A stretch of DNA of 64,000 nucleotides from NCBI RefSeq assembly GCF_009914755.1, contig NC_060927.1; one strand, given 5' to 3'. The notes under the pieces were generated by a model, which did no database searches, was not told the origin of the DNA, and saw only the letters and a list, made by a program, of their open reading frames with translations. The stretch comes from the human T2T-CHM13v2.0 reference genome, Homo sapiens. A program made the translations under genes and the position numbers. Below, one piece after another: positions 1 to 14,609 of the stretch (position 1 is the first letter of the stretch; every line of letters starts with the position of its first letter).

Positions 1-1335
1 TCAGTTTCAAGATCTGTACATGAAGGATAGGAGACAAAGCCCTCTCATTCAGTAGGTTTTTCTATTTCAGCCTCTATTTCTATTTCTGATGCTTCAAGGA
101 GTGTAAGAGAGAGAAAGAAAAAGAAGGAATGAAAGAGGGAGAGGAAGAGAAAAGGAGACATTGGTTAGCTTAGAGTTGAAAACTTGGTATAAAATTGAAT
201 TGAAGGCTCAAGTTTTTTTTATCTGGGAAAGTAAACTACATTCCTGATGTGTAAAACAATCTTCCTGATCATCTTAGAGCTGCTCTAAGTAAGACGTTCA
301 ACCATAATTTCTGTCCTGCATGACCATCAACCTCGAAGTACACAGAAACCATACACTCTGAGGTGGCCCCATGAGAGAAGGACTAGCTCCACAAGCCCCA
401 AGCTCTCAGATCTGTCTAAGACATCAAGCACCAGGCAGGCTCCCTGACTCCAACCTAGGCCAGTCTGCAAAGCTGAATCTGCAACCTCCCAGGATCCCTA
501 GCAGCAGGAGGAGAAGCCTTGTCCTCCTCTGGCTCAGAAACACTTAAAGGAAGCCCCATGACTAAGGTCTCTACTGGCAACAGCCTGAAGCTGCCAAAGA
601 TTTTTAGCCTAGTTCTGCTAGAACCATTTCCCACTTCAACCATATGGAATGTTCATGCTGAAGGCTTTCTTTCTTTCCAGACCTTGTTCTTCACTTCAAT
701 ATCTACCTTCTTTTCTTGATGGCAGGATATGTCTGATGACATAGAAGCTGTGGAATCCATTCTTCAGGGTCTAAACTCAAGCCTGGTCCTTAGTTCTCCG
801 TACTGTATTCTTCCTGACCTCCAGACCTGAGCGTCCTCCCCTTCAAAAGACAAAGCCATCCAAAGAGTCTGAGCACTCCAAGTGAGCAGCTTGAAGAGTG
901 AGAGACGTGGACAGAGGGAAGGGCAGGTCTGTGCAGCCTGTGGCCATAAACCCCACCTCTGGCCTTCTCCAGTGAAGCCACACTCAAGATTTAAGAGAAC
1001 TTGTGATCAACTTGGGGTATTTGCACCCCACGAAAAGGGAGTTTGCAGGATCCCTAATATCACTGCGAGTTGCCACTTTTCCAGTCTTTTTTTGCTGTTC
1101 GCTCATATCCACAGGGAAAAAAACGAAATGAGCAGCCCAGTCCCTCAGGCCTTTTTCTTTAATGTTGCCATCAAAAATCAATAAAATGCATCAAGCTGTT
1201 TCAACTAAGTTGATCTCAAATCAAACTGGTATGGTTGTCAGGGAATATGTTGAACTATATTTAAGTGAAGAAAGATTTTGGGCTTGGTATAGACTAAGAT
1301 AGAAAGAAAAAACAAGAGAATAGAACCTGTATACT

Positions 1336-1578
1336 GGCCGGGCGTGGTGTCTCACGCCTGTAATCCAGCACTTTGGAGGCCAAGGTGGGTGGTCACCTGA
1401 GGTCAGGAGTTCGAGACCAGCCTGGCCAACATGGTGAAACCTGTCTCTACTAAACATACAAAAATTAGCTGGGTGTGGTGGAAGGCGGAGGTTGCAGTGA
1501 GCCAAGATTATGCCACTGCACTCCAGCCTGGGTGACAGAGCAAGACTGTGTTTAAAAAAAAAAAAAAAAAAAAAAAAA
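1336..1578 (+). mobile_element. Alu (AluS-like) with an internal deletion in the right arm
   Basis: GGCCGGGCGTGG start, A-rich linker and poly(A) tail; the segment between GGTGTGGTG and GGCGGAGGTTGCAG is missing. Confidence 0.93.
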
Positions 1579-1675
1579 TCCTGCATACCAAACTCCCAGG
1601 ACTGAAAACATTTTGTTTGTTTGTATGTCCATTCCTTTGCCTAAAATAAAAACATCACATGAGGCAGGTATTCCC

Positions 1676-2563
1676 TCTGTTAGCTCCCTGTGCCTGCTGT
1701 AACAAATTACCAACACAGATACAGTGTTTTAAACCAATGCACATGTTGGTTTACATCTGAAAGTCAGATGTCTGAAAGTCAGAAGTCTGAAGTCTGATAT
1801 CTGAAAGTCAGAAGTCTGAAGTCAGTTTCACTTGGTCAAAATGAAAGTCTCAGAAAGGCAGTGTTTCCTCCAGAGGCTCGAGAGGAGGATCTGTTTCCTT
1901 GCCTTTTCCAGCTCCTAGAGCTGCTTCTTCCACCATCTTCAAAGCCAGGGGCTCAGCATCTCGCCTCAGTGTCACTTAGTCTTTTTCATCTGTCCCCTGC
2001 CTCTCTCATATAAAGACACTTCTGATTACATTTAGGGCCCACCTTGGTCATCCAGGATAATCTTCCCACCTCAAGATTCTCAGTTTGTTTACACCTGCAA
2101 AGTCCCTATTGCCATATGTATTAGTCCGTTTTCACTCTCCTATAAAAAACTACCTGAGACTGTGTAATTTAAAAATAAAAGAGGTTTAATTGACTCACAG
2201 TTCCACATGGCTGGGGAGGCCTCAGGAAACTTACAATCCATGGCAGAAGGCAAAGGGGAAGCAAAGATCTTCTTCACAAGGTGGCAGGAGAGAGGGAGAG
2301 CAAGCGAGGGGGGGACTGCCAAACACTTTTAAACCATCAGATCTTGTGAGAACTCACTATCATGAAAACAGCATGGGGGAAACTGCCCTCATGATCCAAT
2401 CACCTCCCACCAGGTCCCTCCCCTGACACTTGGGGATTACAATTTGAGATGAGATTTGGGTGGGGAAACAGAGCAAAACCATATAACCATATAGGGAAAC
2501 ATGCATAGGTTCCGAGAATCTGGATCTGGATCTCTTTTTTGGGGGCATTATTCAGCCTACCAC
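1676..2563 (-). mobile_element. MLT1-type MaLR LTR interrupted by an MST/THE1 LTR
   Basis: MLT1 hallmarks (ctgctgtaacaaattacca...; ...cattattcagcctaccaca) lie on both sides of the insert. Confidence 0.75.
2117..2486 (-). mobile_element. MST/THE1-family MaLR solo LTR
   Basis: tgtattagtccgttttcac...gagatttgggtgggga...aaaccatataa, flanked by a 5-bp TSD CCATA. Confidence 0.85.
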
Positions 2564-5500
2564 AAGTGCCTTTCACCTTGTCAGATGTGGAATATGGTGT
2601 AAGATCCCAGGATTTAGGAAAGGACGATGGATGAGACATTTTCCAAAGTAAAATTGAGTTGAGGGTGTGGTAGTGGGATTTGAAATAAGGAAGAAGCAGA
2701 CCCTCTTTCCCATAGCATCTCCAAAGGTTATTCCAGCAGGAGATGAGCCTCTTATGGAGATCCAGCGAGACCCATTGACACATACATTTCTCAGACTACA
2801 GCAGTGAGCAGGTGGTAGTATATTTCAGGTCTGTGCTGTGGAGCCCCCACTCTTCCCTTCTTGGAAGGCCCAGACCTGCCTTTTAAGTTATCTCCTAAAC
2901 CTATTGATGTTTTCTGAACTTCCTGCTTTTGAGCCTATTCTGGAAAAAGTGGATAGAAGTGATGCTGGTGCTGTCACATGCCAGCTCTTCCGCTCCTATG
3001 CTGTTTTGAGCCATCGCATTGCCCCAAGGAACACTCAAGGGAAGATGCAGTTACAATAGGGAAATTCCCATGACTCCATCGATCCAGGTGGGCATTGCCT
3101 TGATGCCAGAGTCAGGGAGATGACCTTCTGCTTCCTGTTGGAAGGTCCTGGGCTTCCCAGGATAGCATAAGACCCTGTCTTGACTAGAAGAGCCTGAGTT
3201 TTGGATGCTGTTGCCTTCAGCATACTGAGAGCCTGCTTGTTTAAGCTAGTGCAACTTCCAGTAGAGACACAAGACATCCAAGTCCACTCTGACAGTCCGA
3301 CAAACCAGAAACAAAAGAAAACAAAAGAAGGAAAACCTCTAAGTCTTATCTCCCCATCTCTTATTCAAATATCCCACCCCATGGGATCCGTACATTTGAG
3401 ATCTATACCTCCTCACTCATCCTGCCCAATACCCATTTTCCTTCCGAGGTTCAGGGATTCTTAAACTACCAGAGTCTATGAGTTGATGATGCCTTTCCCT
3501 CTTTACATAGAGAAAGACTCCCTGGCCACAAAGGAACTGTGGTCCCCTCCCAGCTCCTAAAGGTATTCTTTCAACCCCCTTATTCCTCACAGTTGAATTC
3601 CCTCACTCCTTAATATCCAATATTCTGGGTCCTGGGTTGCATTTAAATCAAGTTTTCTGACTCACTTATTGGGTCCAACATTTTAATTGCCTTTCTTTTA
3701 TATTTTTTGATGTCTTCTTTTTATTTAATAACTTCCAAGGGCTCCTGTGGTATCCACATTATGTAAGTGTGGGGCTGGGATAAATGATGCCAGCAGCTTT
3801 ACAGCCCAGAAGGAAAATGCTTGAAGTGATTTTAATTTCATTCTCCTTTCATTCTAACACCCAAAGACTAGAGAAAAAATGATGTGAAAGTTTTCTCTTT
3901 TTCTCTTTCTGCAACGAGGGGGGAATTTGAAAAAGGAAAAGCTTTTTCTAATATCAGCTTATTATTTTTTTAAAAGCACTCAGAATATGGAGTTCGCGTA
4001 GCTATTTCTTTGTTGTTCTTAATTTGAACAATCCTATGTGATTGCTTTAAATGCATCTCCTGGGTTTCAGCTATTTTTAATTAGCTGTGGCTTCTTCTTC
4101 TCTTCTTTTTCTTCTTTTTTTTTTCTTTTTTTACTGTTATCACTCTAGTTGATTTGTTTGATCTTCATGCTCCATTAGTTCTTGCATCCTCACCTAGCTC
4201 TTCTGTCTCCCCATCATATTCACCCATGGTTTTATAGAAGCTGGTAAAATTCTGAATTATCTGTGTCTATAAAGACAAAGGTCTCCAATTCTTACTCAGT
4301 GCCTCTCATTGCCTCCTCACCCTCATACTTACAAACAGAATTGAGAGTTTATGAGGATTTGTTCTGTCTGTAATAAGGAGAAAATCTATAAACTGTATCA
4401 TAAAAAGAATCATAATATTAGAGGTAGGAGAGAATAAATTTTAACTTCTCAATTTTACAAAGGAGGAAACTGAGGCCCAGCCCAACAAAAACCACAGGGC
4501 TAATAGGAAGCTGACCTGGACTGCAGGCTGGCACCACACGTGAGAGGCCAGCACTATGCTCACTGCACGGCCCCCTGCTCTGGGATGACAGCTGAAGTAC
4601 ATGCAGGGCAGGAACAGACAACACGTAGGACCCTGCACTACAGCTCAGGCTCCCATCTCCCCTCTCCAGGACATTTTGGTGGCTTGCTCCAGTCTCTCTG
4701 CAGGCAAGTATTGTGGTGTTCCATAGAAAATAAGAGCACAGAACTGAAAGTTGAGACATCTCCATTCTAGTCTTGCCTTTGACACTAATCAACTCTGTCA
4801 TTTTAAGTCTCCAAGTTTCAGTTTACTGTCCATGAAACAGATATAACAGTGCAAAGTGCTGATAAACGACTTCCCAGTCTTTTGAAATTCTCCATTTTTG
4901 GCTTCCAGGATACCCTTCTTTTCTGGTTTACTCAGCTCTGTGGTTATTCTTTTTGGTCTCCTTTGTGAGACGGTTTTCTTCCTTTTACCTCTTACTGTGG
5001 ACTCATTTCAGGACTCTCTCCTTTTTCTGCTTCTCTTCTGACTTTACATGCTTTTTCTGGACAATATCACCCCTGGGCTTACACTGCCAAGCATCAGCTG
5101 ATGATTCCCAGATCTCATCTGTAGCCCCCAACCTCACTCCTGAGGGAATATCCATCTTCTCACTCACCAGTTCCTCTTGGGTGGTCCCCAGCACTTTAAC
5201 TCCCCATGCCCACTGCAGACCCACTATGCTCCCCCTAAACCTTGTCCTCTTCTGGTCCTTGCCTTGGGGATGGCACCACCTTCTGCTCTGCTGCTTATAT
5301 CAGAAAAGTGACAATCATGTTATTTCTCTCCTCAATCCTCAGACACATTGAATAGTTCATAATATTCTGTTATTTATTTCTCCTAAATTTCTTCCTATTT
5401 TATCTCATTTTATCCATTCTCATTATCTAGTTAAGGCTCTAGCCTCTTACATGGACTACTTCAGCAACCTCTAACCTGTCTTCTCTTCTTTCAGGTTGTC

Positions 5501-8500
5501 CTTTTCCAGTTCATTTCCACACCACTATTATACTTAACCACCCAAATCACAATTCTGATTGTTTTATGCCCAGACTTTTTAAAGTCCCTGATTATCTTAA
5601 AAAAAAAAAAATTGAGAATCTTGCACAATGTGCTCTATGCCAGTCCTGCAATCTCATCTGTCTCTATTGACATACCTGCCCCCACCCCCCGCCCTCAACT
5701 CCACTGCACTTTAGCACTACAAAAATTCCCAATTCTTATTTGAGGTCTCCCAACAGCTTGCAGTCAATTAGCAGACATCTTTTAGAGTGTCTCTGCAGCC
5801 TTCAAGGCCCCATCTTTAAAGTTTTCATCCATAGCAGAGAGCCTGGGAAACTATGTTTGTACCCTACGATCTTCCCACTCTGATCATTATGGTACGACTG
5901 GAACAGATTCTCGAGCCAGGTTGGGCCAGGTAGTTATTCTCTATCAAGAATTTGGAATTTAGACTCAGAGCTATAAATTAGATATCTATGGTTCATTGGA
6001 TTCCTTTTCAGTTCTTGGTTCAACCCCCTCATTTGGCTTGGCAGCTCTGGGCCCTCAGGATCTGTGGGATGTCATGATTTTCTATCCAGCATTCCCTTTT
6101 TGTTTAAATAAGTATGAAATGAGTCTCTTTACCTGCCACCAAATGATTCTAAGCCACTCATCAACACATCTCATACTTAGTCGTTTTCCCTCTCATTTTT
6201 CTCTGACTGAATCATCCTGCAACTATTTTCATCTTATAAATTTCCATGTATCCTCAGGAACCAGTGCAAGCATTGCCTCCTCTGCAAAGCTCTCCAATAC
6301 TCCCTCTCCCACGGACAGTTTCATTTACTCCGCCTTATGAGCTGCCACTATACTTGCTATCACACTTAGTCGGAACTTTGTTTTATAGGACAGTTTTTTC
6401 CTGTAAGAACATGAGCTCCTTGAGAGAGGCCATAGGCATATTTGTATCATCAATGCTAGGAGAGATCCTCACACATAGCAAATACTTAGGACATTTATCT
6501 TGAGAACTTGAGTGAGTGAATTGATACTTGTGAAAAATATATAAAACAAACATTATCTAAGCGTCTTGTATAAAATAAAGGTCTTACACATCCAATAGAT
6601 CATCCCCACGGTTCTAAAATTCTGATTAATGCTTTTTCCTGAATTTTAAACTTATCATAGGTATGACCAAGTGAGTAGCTTTCTGTAAAAATTAAGACAA
6701 ACACAAGGATACTGACACAGCTCTCATTTAGGGAAATAAAGGGCTCCATGCTAATGGATCAGGCTCCAGTTGGCTCTTTTATTTGAAGCCACTTTTAGGT
6801 TGAGTTGTTGAGAAATATCTTGACAGCCTACTTCAACGTTGTGTTTTTCTTCTAGTGTTACAGAGTATAACAATAATGTCCTTTCCTTGACCTCTGCTAA
6901 TGCTTTTTAGTCTCTCAAAGAAATTGGAAAATGCTCACAAGCAGTCTCAAAAGAGAACTCATACATCCTCCACTTGTTCCAGGGAAAGACTTGTTTCCCT
7001 GCATCAACCACCCCCAAAACGGATAAACAAACAGCTGCCTAAATTGTCCTTCAAGGTCCAACAGAGAATCTAGATGACAGTGACACACCTTGGAACTGAC
7101 TCTCGTCATTCTGGAAACACAGCCTGTGTTTTCCTACCTGTTTTGCTACCTGTTTGACTTGGAAAAATGTTCACATGGCTCTGCCCTCTTCCCTCTATCG
7201 AAAGCCCAGTTCCTCTGATTTCCCTGAATGGGAATAAGTCTTTTCTTTTGGCTGTGTCCCCATAGCAATTGTTTTGCACTTCACATGTAGGACTTCCTAC
7301 ACTCAGCCATGAACACATCAGTCTCCACTCCAGATGGGACTTGTCAAGGTCAAGGGCTATGTCTCTGAATATCCACAGCACCAAGTCAGTGCATTGGCAC
7401 TCAATATTCCTTGTAATTAAATTAAATATATACAAAGAAGATTTTGTTTACTAATCCTTGAGGACCATGGGACGCTGCATTTAGAACTAAACCTAGCTAG
7501 CATTAGGAACCCACTTACCCAACTTTACTAACAGAAATTGACAACATGACCTTCACAGTCTTACCTCCCCATAAGCCAAATTGTAAATTCTGCAATTAAT
7601 ATATGACAGACTCATACCTGCAAGTGTCTTACAAAGATAATGCAATGAGTACTGGTAAGAGAACCAGGAGAATGAGAGTTTAATCCTGAATGTAACAATG
7701 GATATGAAACTTTTCTTCCATAAGCCTCATTTTTCTCATTTATAAAAAATAAGTTCCCAGTGTTTGACAAAACGTCTTCCTATGGTTTGGTGATAGCAAC
7801 AGACCTAAAAATCCAGCATATTTTAGCTCTTATTTCAACCAAGAGCTGATCAAAGCAGCCTGTGGACCATGAGACAGAGTCCATCAAAAAATAAAAATAA
7901 GTTGATGTACTTAACACTATAGTTGAAATACTTCTTTTCTAGATCTTTAGAATGATTTATAACTCTCAGAAACAAACACAAACAAAATATAGACAACACT
8001 CAATTGTGTGCAGAGATGGACGAAAGGATGGGAATACACATCACACGAAAAAAGAAAAGTAAATAACTAGGCATGGCTAGGAGGAAAAAGAGAGAACATG
8101 GGTACTGTGAGGGGCCAGGGCATGAGAGCTCTTAGCAGTGAGTACCCTACCACCAGAGGCATTTCAGCAGTGTGTAGATGACTCCTGGATAGGGGTATGT
8201 CAGAGCAGGTTTAAATATTGAATGATGAGTTAGCTCACAGTCTCAAGAATGGTTTCAAGTTCTAAATGATGGGTGAGGGCATAGCCAGGAGATGCTGATT
8301 CTCTCTTGGGTCCCAACCACACATGTCTCTGGGAAAATTCTCAGGACAGGATTTGAAGGACATTAGTGCATTCCTGGGAGATGGTAGAAGCTGTTACAGT
8401 AAAGAAATTTGCCAGATATAAACAGCTTTCCTAAAAAGGCAAACTATATAGCAGATTATAAAGCTTTGGGCTATAATGACCTGGGGTCTACACCCCAATG

Positions 8501-9452
8501 AATCATTGATTTTCTTTGTGGCTGGGTTCAGTGAGGCAGATCCAGCCTTCACCCTGAGGTTAGCCTCTCAAGTCAGCTCCTTCCAGATGATTTTACTTTT
8601 ATAAACAAGTGTCTGATTTGTTCAGCTCTCTATCTCCCTAGAAGTACCTGTTGGGAACTTATGCTAACTGAAATCAATGGAGTTTAGAAACATCTGCTGA
8701 GATTCAGAGAGTTCTCGTTATAGACAATTTCCAAAGAAGAAATTTCAGAGAGGTCAAATCTCAATGTGATGAATAAGTACAAAGGGACAGTAAGTAGATG
8801 GACTTAATTATATAATCTTCAAATAAAGCAAATTATAACATAAAAATTGCCTGGAAGCATAAAATGCTTATGGCTAAATGAAAGGCACTGTAAGACCAGC
8901 AGAGTTATTTAGATTTTAACTTTTTTCTCTAGTAGAAAGAGATCATCCAGCTTCATAGTGTTAAAAAAGAACTAAAGACATCAACAAGCTTTGTTTTCCT
9001 TCTTTACAAATTTGAAACAACTCAGATGTTTCTCACTAGAGGAATAGATAAAGATATTGTGGTATATTTTGCAATGAAATACTATCAACAATAAAAATGA
9101 CTGAAAAATTTAAATGGATAGACCTCAAAAATATAACATAAGGTAACATTCATAAAGATTGTTAAAGCACAAAGCAATGCAACATATTAGTTGTGATTTT
9201 ATACACATATAGTAAAAGTTTAAAACTTTAGGTGGGAAGAATACACATTGAATTCCTGATAGTGCCTGTCCCTGCAGAAGAGAAAAAAAACCCTTCAACT
9301 TTGTATTTATTTGTTATAAGTTCTGAAAAATATAAATATTTACAAATGGCATATTATATTATAAACATAAATATTTACAAATGGCATATTAGTCACTATG
9401 GTGACTTTCCAAATATACCCAAACCTGATATTTTTTTCTCACTGTCTTAGAA

Positions 9453-9610
9453 AGTGGTTCTCAAAATTAGTGTGCACCAGCATCTCCCGGAGGGCTTGTT
9501 AAAACACAGATCTCTGGAGCAATCACCAACATTTTTTAGTTATTAGGTCTGGGATTGGGCCCAAGAATCTGCATTTCTCACACATTTCAAGGTGATTCTA
9601 ACACTGTTGA
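9453..9610. mobile_element. MER5A-like hAT-Charlie DNA transposon fossil
   Basis: gtggttctcaaa...cttgttaaaacacagat...gggcccaagaatctgcatttct. Confidence 0.75.
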
Positions 9611-10032
9611 AGAACTAATGTCTTGTATCATAGTTACTAGTAAACATGCATTTAGACTTCGAACTAAGGACAAATATTTTAACTCATTAATATTTGTAGC
9701 TTCCACCTCGCCTAGCAAATAGACCCTCAATAAGTATCCGTAAATCGAAGGAGTTCATCTTAAAAAATAAAAATAAAAATCTATACACACACTCATATAC
9801 ACATTCCACCATAAGTGAGCCACTTAATAACAATGCAAAATAAACAATATATGGATGAATATGAATTGGCAATTTTATAAAAGCAAACAAAATATTACCT
9901 TAAGAGGCATAGCATACACTCAAGAAAAACCTCAGTCTATGGTCAAGAGTGTCTCATACCTAGCAGGATCTAACTATCAAGTCAGAGCCCCTAAATCATT
10001 TTTATCATTGCACCCAGAGATTATGAATCTAA

Positions 10033-10332
<300 letters not shown>

Positions 10333-12179
10333 CTGATGAATCTATTAGAGGCAAACCTTATTGACAAAATTTATATACATAGTACCAGATGTATTCAGCC
10401 AATGATGAAAAATTTAAGTACCTCACAAGGGTATATGCTTCTCTAAGAAGCGCCTTCTCTTCCTGAGCATCAACCTCTGTAGGAATCCAAGGTTAACTGG
10501 TAAGTGTAGACTCAGAGCAACAAAAGTGAGTGGTGAATCACAGCAGCCAGTAGCATTGAGCTGCAATACATTGCTGTATCCATTTCCCTGTGTGGGGCCA
10601 AGCAGCCGAAAATGATTGAAGGAAAGCAGGCCCTGTATCCAAGGCAGAGCTAAAGATACTCTGCAAACCTCTTACTTCTAGATTTCTTTTTCATTTCATG
10701 CAGAGAAGCTATGTAGCACAAATGTTCTTTTCCTCAAAATATGGTGATCATTATGAAAACTAAATATTTCCCTTTCAGTCATGATTGGTGGATATACCCT
10801 GCCTTCCCTATGTGGGAGCTGGTAGTTAACCTGGTTTTTAAGGTGGCTTCATTTATGCATTCATTTATTGAGTAGTCTATGCAAAGCAATGCACCAGTTA
10901 CTGGTCTATGAGGATGAACAAGATATCATCTCTGCCATCACAGAGATTGCAGTCTAGAAGGCCAATGATATCTAGATAGGTACTTACCACACAGTAAGGA
11001 AAATACTACGGAGGTGATAAATATACCCAGGGTGTAGTGAGAGCATACCAGAGGGGCATGTTCATGAATATCTGCAGAAAACAGATATCCATTGTATCTT
11101 CATAGCACTATCAGAGGACAAACTGTTTTGAAAAAAGCAAATTCTAGAAAATGAGGATTTCTGGTTTTTGCTCCAACCTATAAACATCTTGGAAGTTGTA
11201 ATTCCCATTCTTACAATAAGAACAGTTATAAGGACAACTTCAAGCTGTACAAGTTTAAAAATCAACAGCTTTTCTTAGACTCATCAGAGAACAGAGGTAA
11301 CAGGGCAAATTGTCACCTGAAATCTTGAGAGACAGTTGAATACAGAGAAATACAGCAACCTAGATCAGCTTACCTGAAGCAGAAGGAACACTTCCATGGC
11401 AATCTTGATAAATTTCTGGAGGCAAGGTGGGCTAATGTGACAGTAAGAAACTCCTGGAAGCCCCCAAACATTTGTGGGCTTTCCTTCCAGGAATCTCACC
11501 AGGTTTTCAAGTCAGGGCTCTGAGAAAGGTCCGTTTGTTATGTCCAAGATGGCAGGAGAAAAGTAACCATTTTGAAATATGCCCCAAGCCTTCTTGATAA
11601 CAAAGGCCTACTCTCCAGGAAAAGAGATTTTGTCAGAAAATGGGCAAATGACAGAAGTGGCTCTCATAGTTTTCTTGCTTAGTTGATTGGAACCTAAACC
11701 CTAGAGTGGCCTACACTAAATAAAGTTAAAGTAACGTTTTATTGGTTTATGATAGAGGAAATTATCCTGGATTGAGGAGCTTGGAATACTGGAGTGGCTT
11801 TTTCATGTAACACTTGCTCATTCACCTCCTACCTATGTCCTGTGAGAAGGACCAGCAACACTCCTTCTACCAAGGCTGTGAATGGGAAGCCTCCCAAAAA
11901 GCTCTGCGAAGCCTCATGAAGTCTCTTCTCTGTAGGCCAGAAATAACAGTAAAAGTTGCTGCCATTAAAATGAACTCCCTGAATTCCTGGGAGTCCATTT
12001 TTTTTGAGATCCTGAGGTATCCAGAGGCCAATGATGGTGCTTAAGGCCAGAGATGAGGTGAGTGTCCTTACCACAACAAGTAGTAGAGGTAAAGTAGAAG
12101 TCAAAATGGTTTGACCTACAGAGATATTCAGTATTCTTTAATTGATCTTGGTTTCTCTGAAACTGAAGTCAATGGGCAT

Positions 12180-12598
12180 GTATATATATGCCCATTTTAT
12201 ATATATATGCCCATTTTATATATATATATTATATATATAATATATATTATACATATTATATATATTTATATATATATTTTATATTATATATATTTATATA
12301 TTATATATAATATATATTTTTATATATATATTTATATTTATATAATATATATTTATATAAATATATATTATATATTTATATATATAATATATAATAATAT
12401 AAATATATATAATATATAATAATATAAATATATAATATATATGAATATAAATATATATATTTATATTTATATATAATATATTAATTTATGTATATTATAT
12501 ATTTATATATATATAAATATATTATATATATAAATATAAATATATTATATATATAAATATAAATATATTATATATATAAATATATAATATATATAACA

Positions 12599-12637
<39 letters not shown>
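12180..12637. repeat. Long degenerate (TA)n/AT-only low-complexity tract
   Basis: About 450 bp almost entirely A/T, ending in pure (TA)n then (CA)n. Confidence 0.97.
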
Positions 12638-13799
12638 CTCTAGATCTAGTGGACATCAAGATGACTTGAATTGCACAATAAAAAGCTATAACACTTCAAC
12701 TAGTTCAATATTTGAGCCAGTTCATACACCGGAGCTCCTTGAATGGAGGGAAGGCTGATCTACTTGGGGAAGAACCCTGCTAAACAGCCAAAAATGTATA
12801 CTTTGGATGCATTTATCAGGGTAACTGTACATTAAGAAAGAAGAAATTTCCAGAGTTTGGGGGTGATTACTGGACATTAGCTCCAAGCTCATGCTAATTC
12901 TTACAAAATCAAAACTCTACTGTTGTCCACAAGTCAGTGTAGGAGCTTATGGATATCAAGTGATCAATAAACTTTCAGTTCAGATTCATCTCCCAGTAGG
13001 CACAATGTGTCCCTGTACCCACTTTGTAGATCTTCCCAAGGTCTAAAATGCAGAGTTGTGATAGAAAATCTCCCTAACTGACAGAATTCCCAGAATGACT
13101 CCCTGATCCATGGAATAGGAGCCATTATTGTAGAAAAAGGCAAATGGAAGCCAATAGAACAGCCTCAGCCTATCAAAATAGTAGACCAAAAACAATACCA
13201 CATTTCAGGAGGGACTGCAGAGGTTTGTGTCACCATCAAAGACTTAAAAAAATACAAAGATAGTAATTCCTGTAGCATTTCCACACAAGTCACCTGTATT
13301 TGATTTGTGCAAAAGACAGATTAATGTTGAAAAATGACAGTGAGGTATCATAAAACTAATAAAATAGTAACTCCAATTGCAACTGTTTCTCCAGAACAGC
13401 ATATTCCCTGGCAGCTGGTATGTAGCTATTGATCTGGAGAATGTATTTTCCTCTCTATACTTGTTGATAAGATCAACAGAAATAGTTTGCTTTTAGTTGG
13501 CCAGGATAGGAATATAGCTTCATGATCCTAGCTGGGGGTACATCAACTCTCAAACTCTGTGTTATTACATAATCTACTCAGGAGGGACTTCAATCACCTC
13601 TACATTTCACGGGACATTGTGCCTGTTCATTATATGGATGTCATTGGAGACTGGAACAGATGAACAAAATAGAGCAACATCTCAAAACATCTTGGTAAGA
13701 CACATGCATGCTACAAGGTGGCAAATGAATTCTAGAAAAATTCAAGGGCCTTCAACTTCAGTGAAATATCTAGGGGTCTAGTGGTCTGGGTCATATTTA

Positions 13800-14609
<810 letters not shown>

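Noticed and set aside
12111-12419. 102-aa Ile/Tyr-rich ORF
   Set aside because: Translation of the (TA)n tract.
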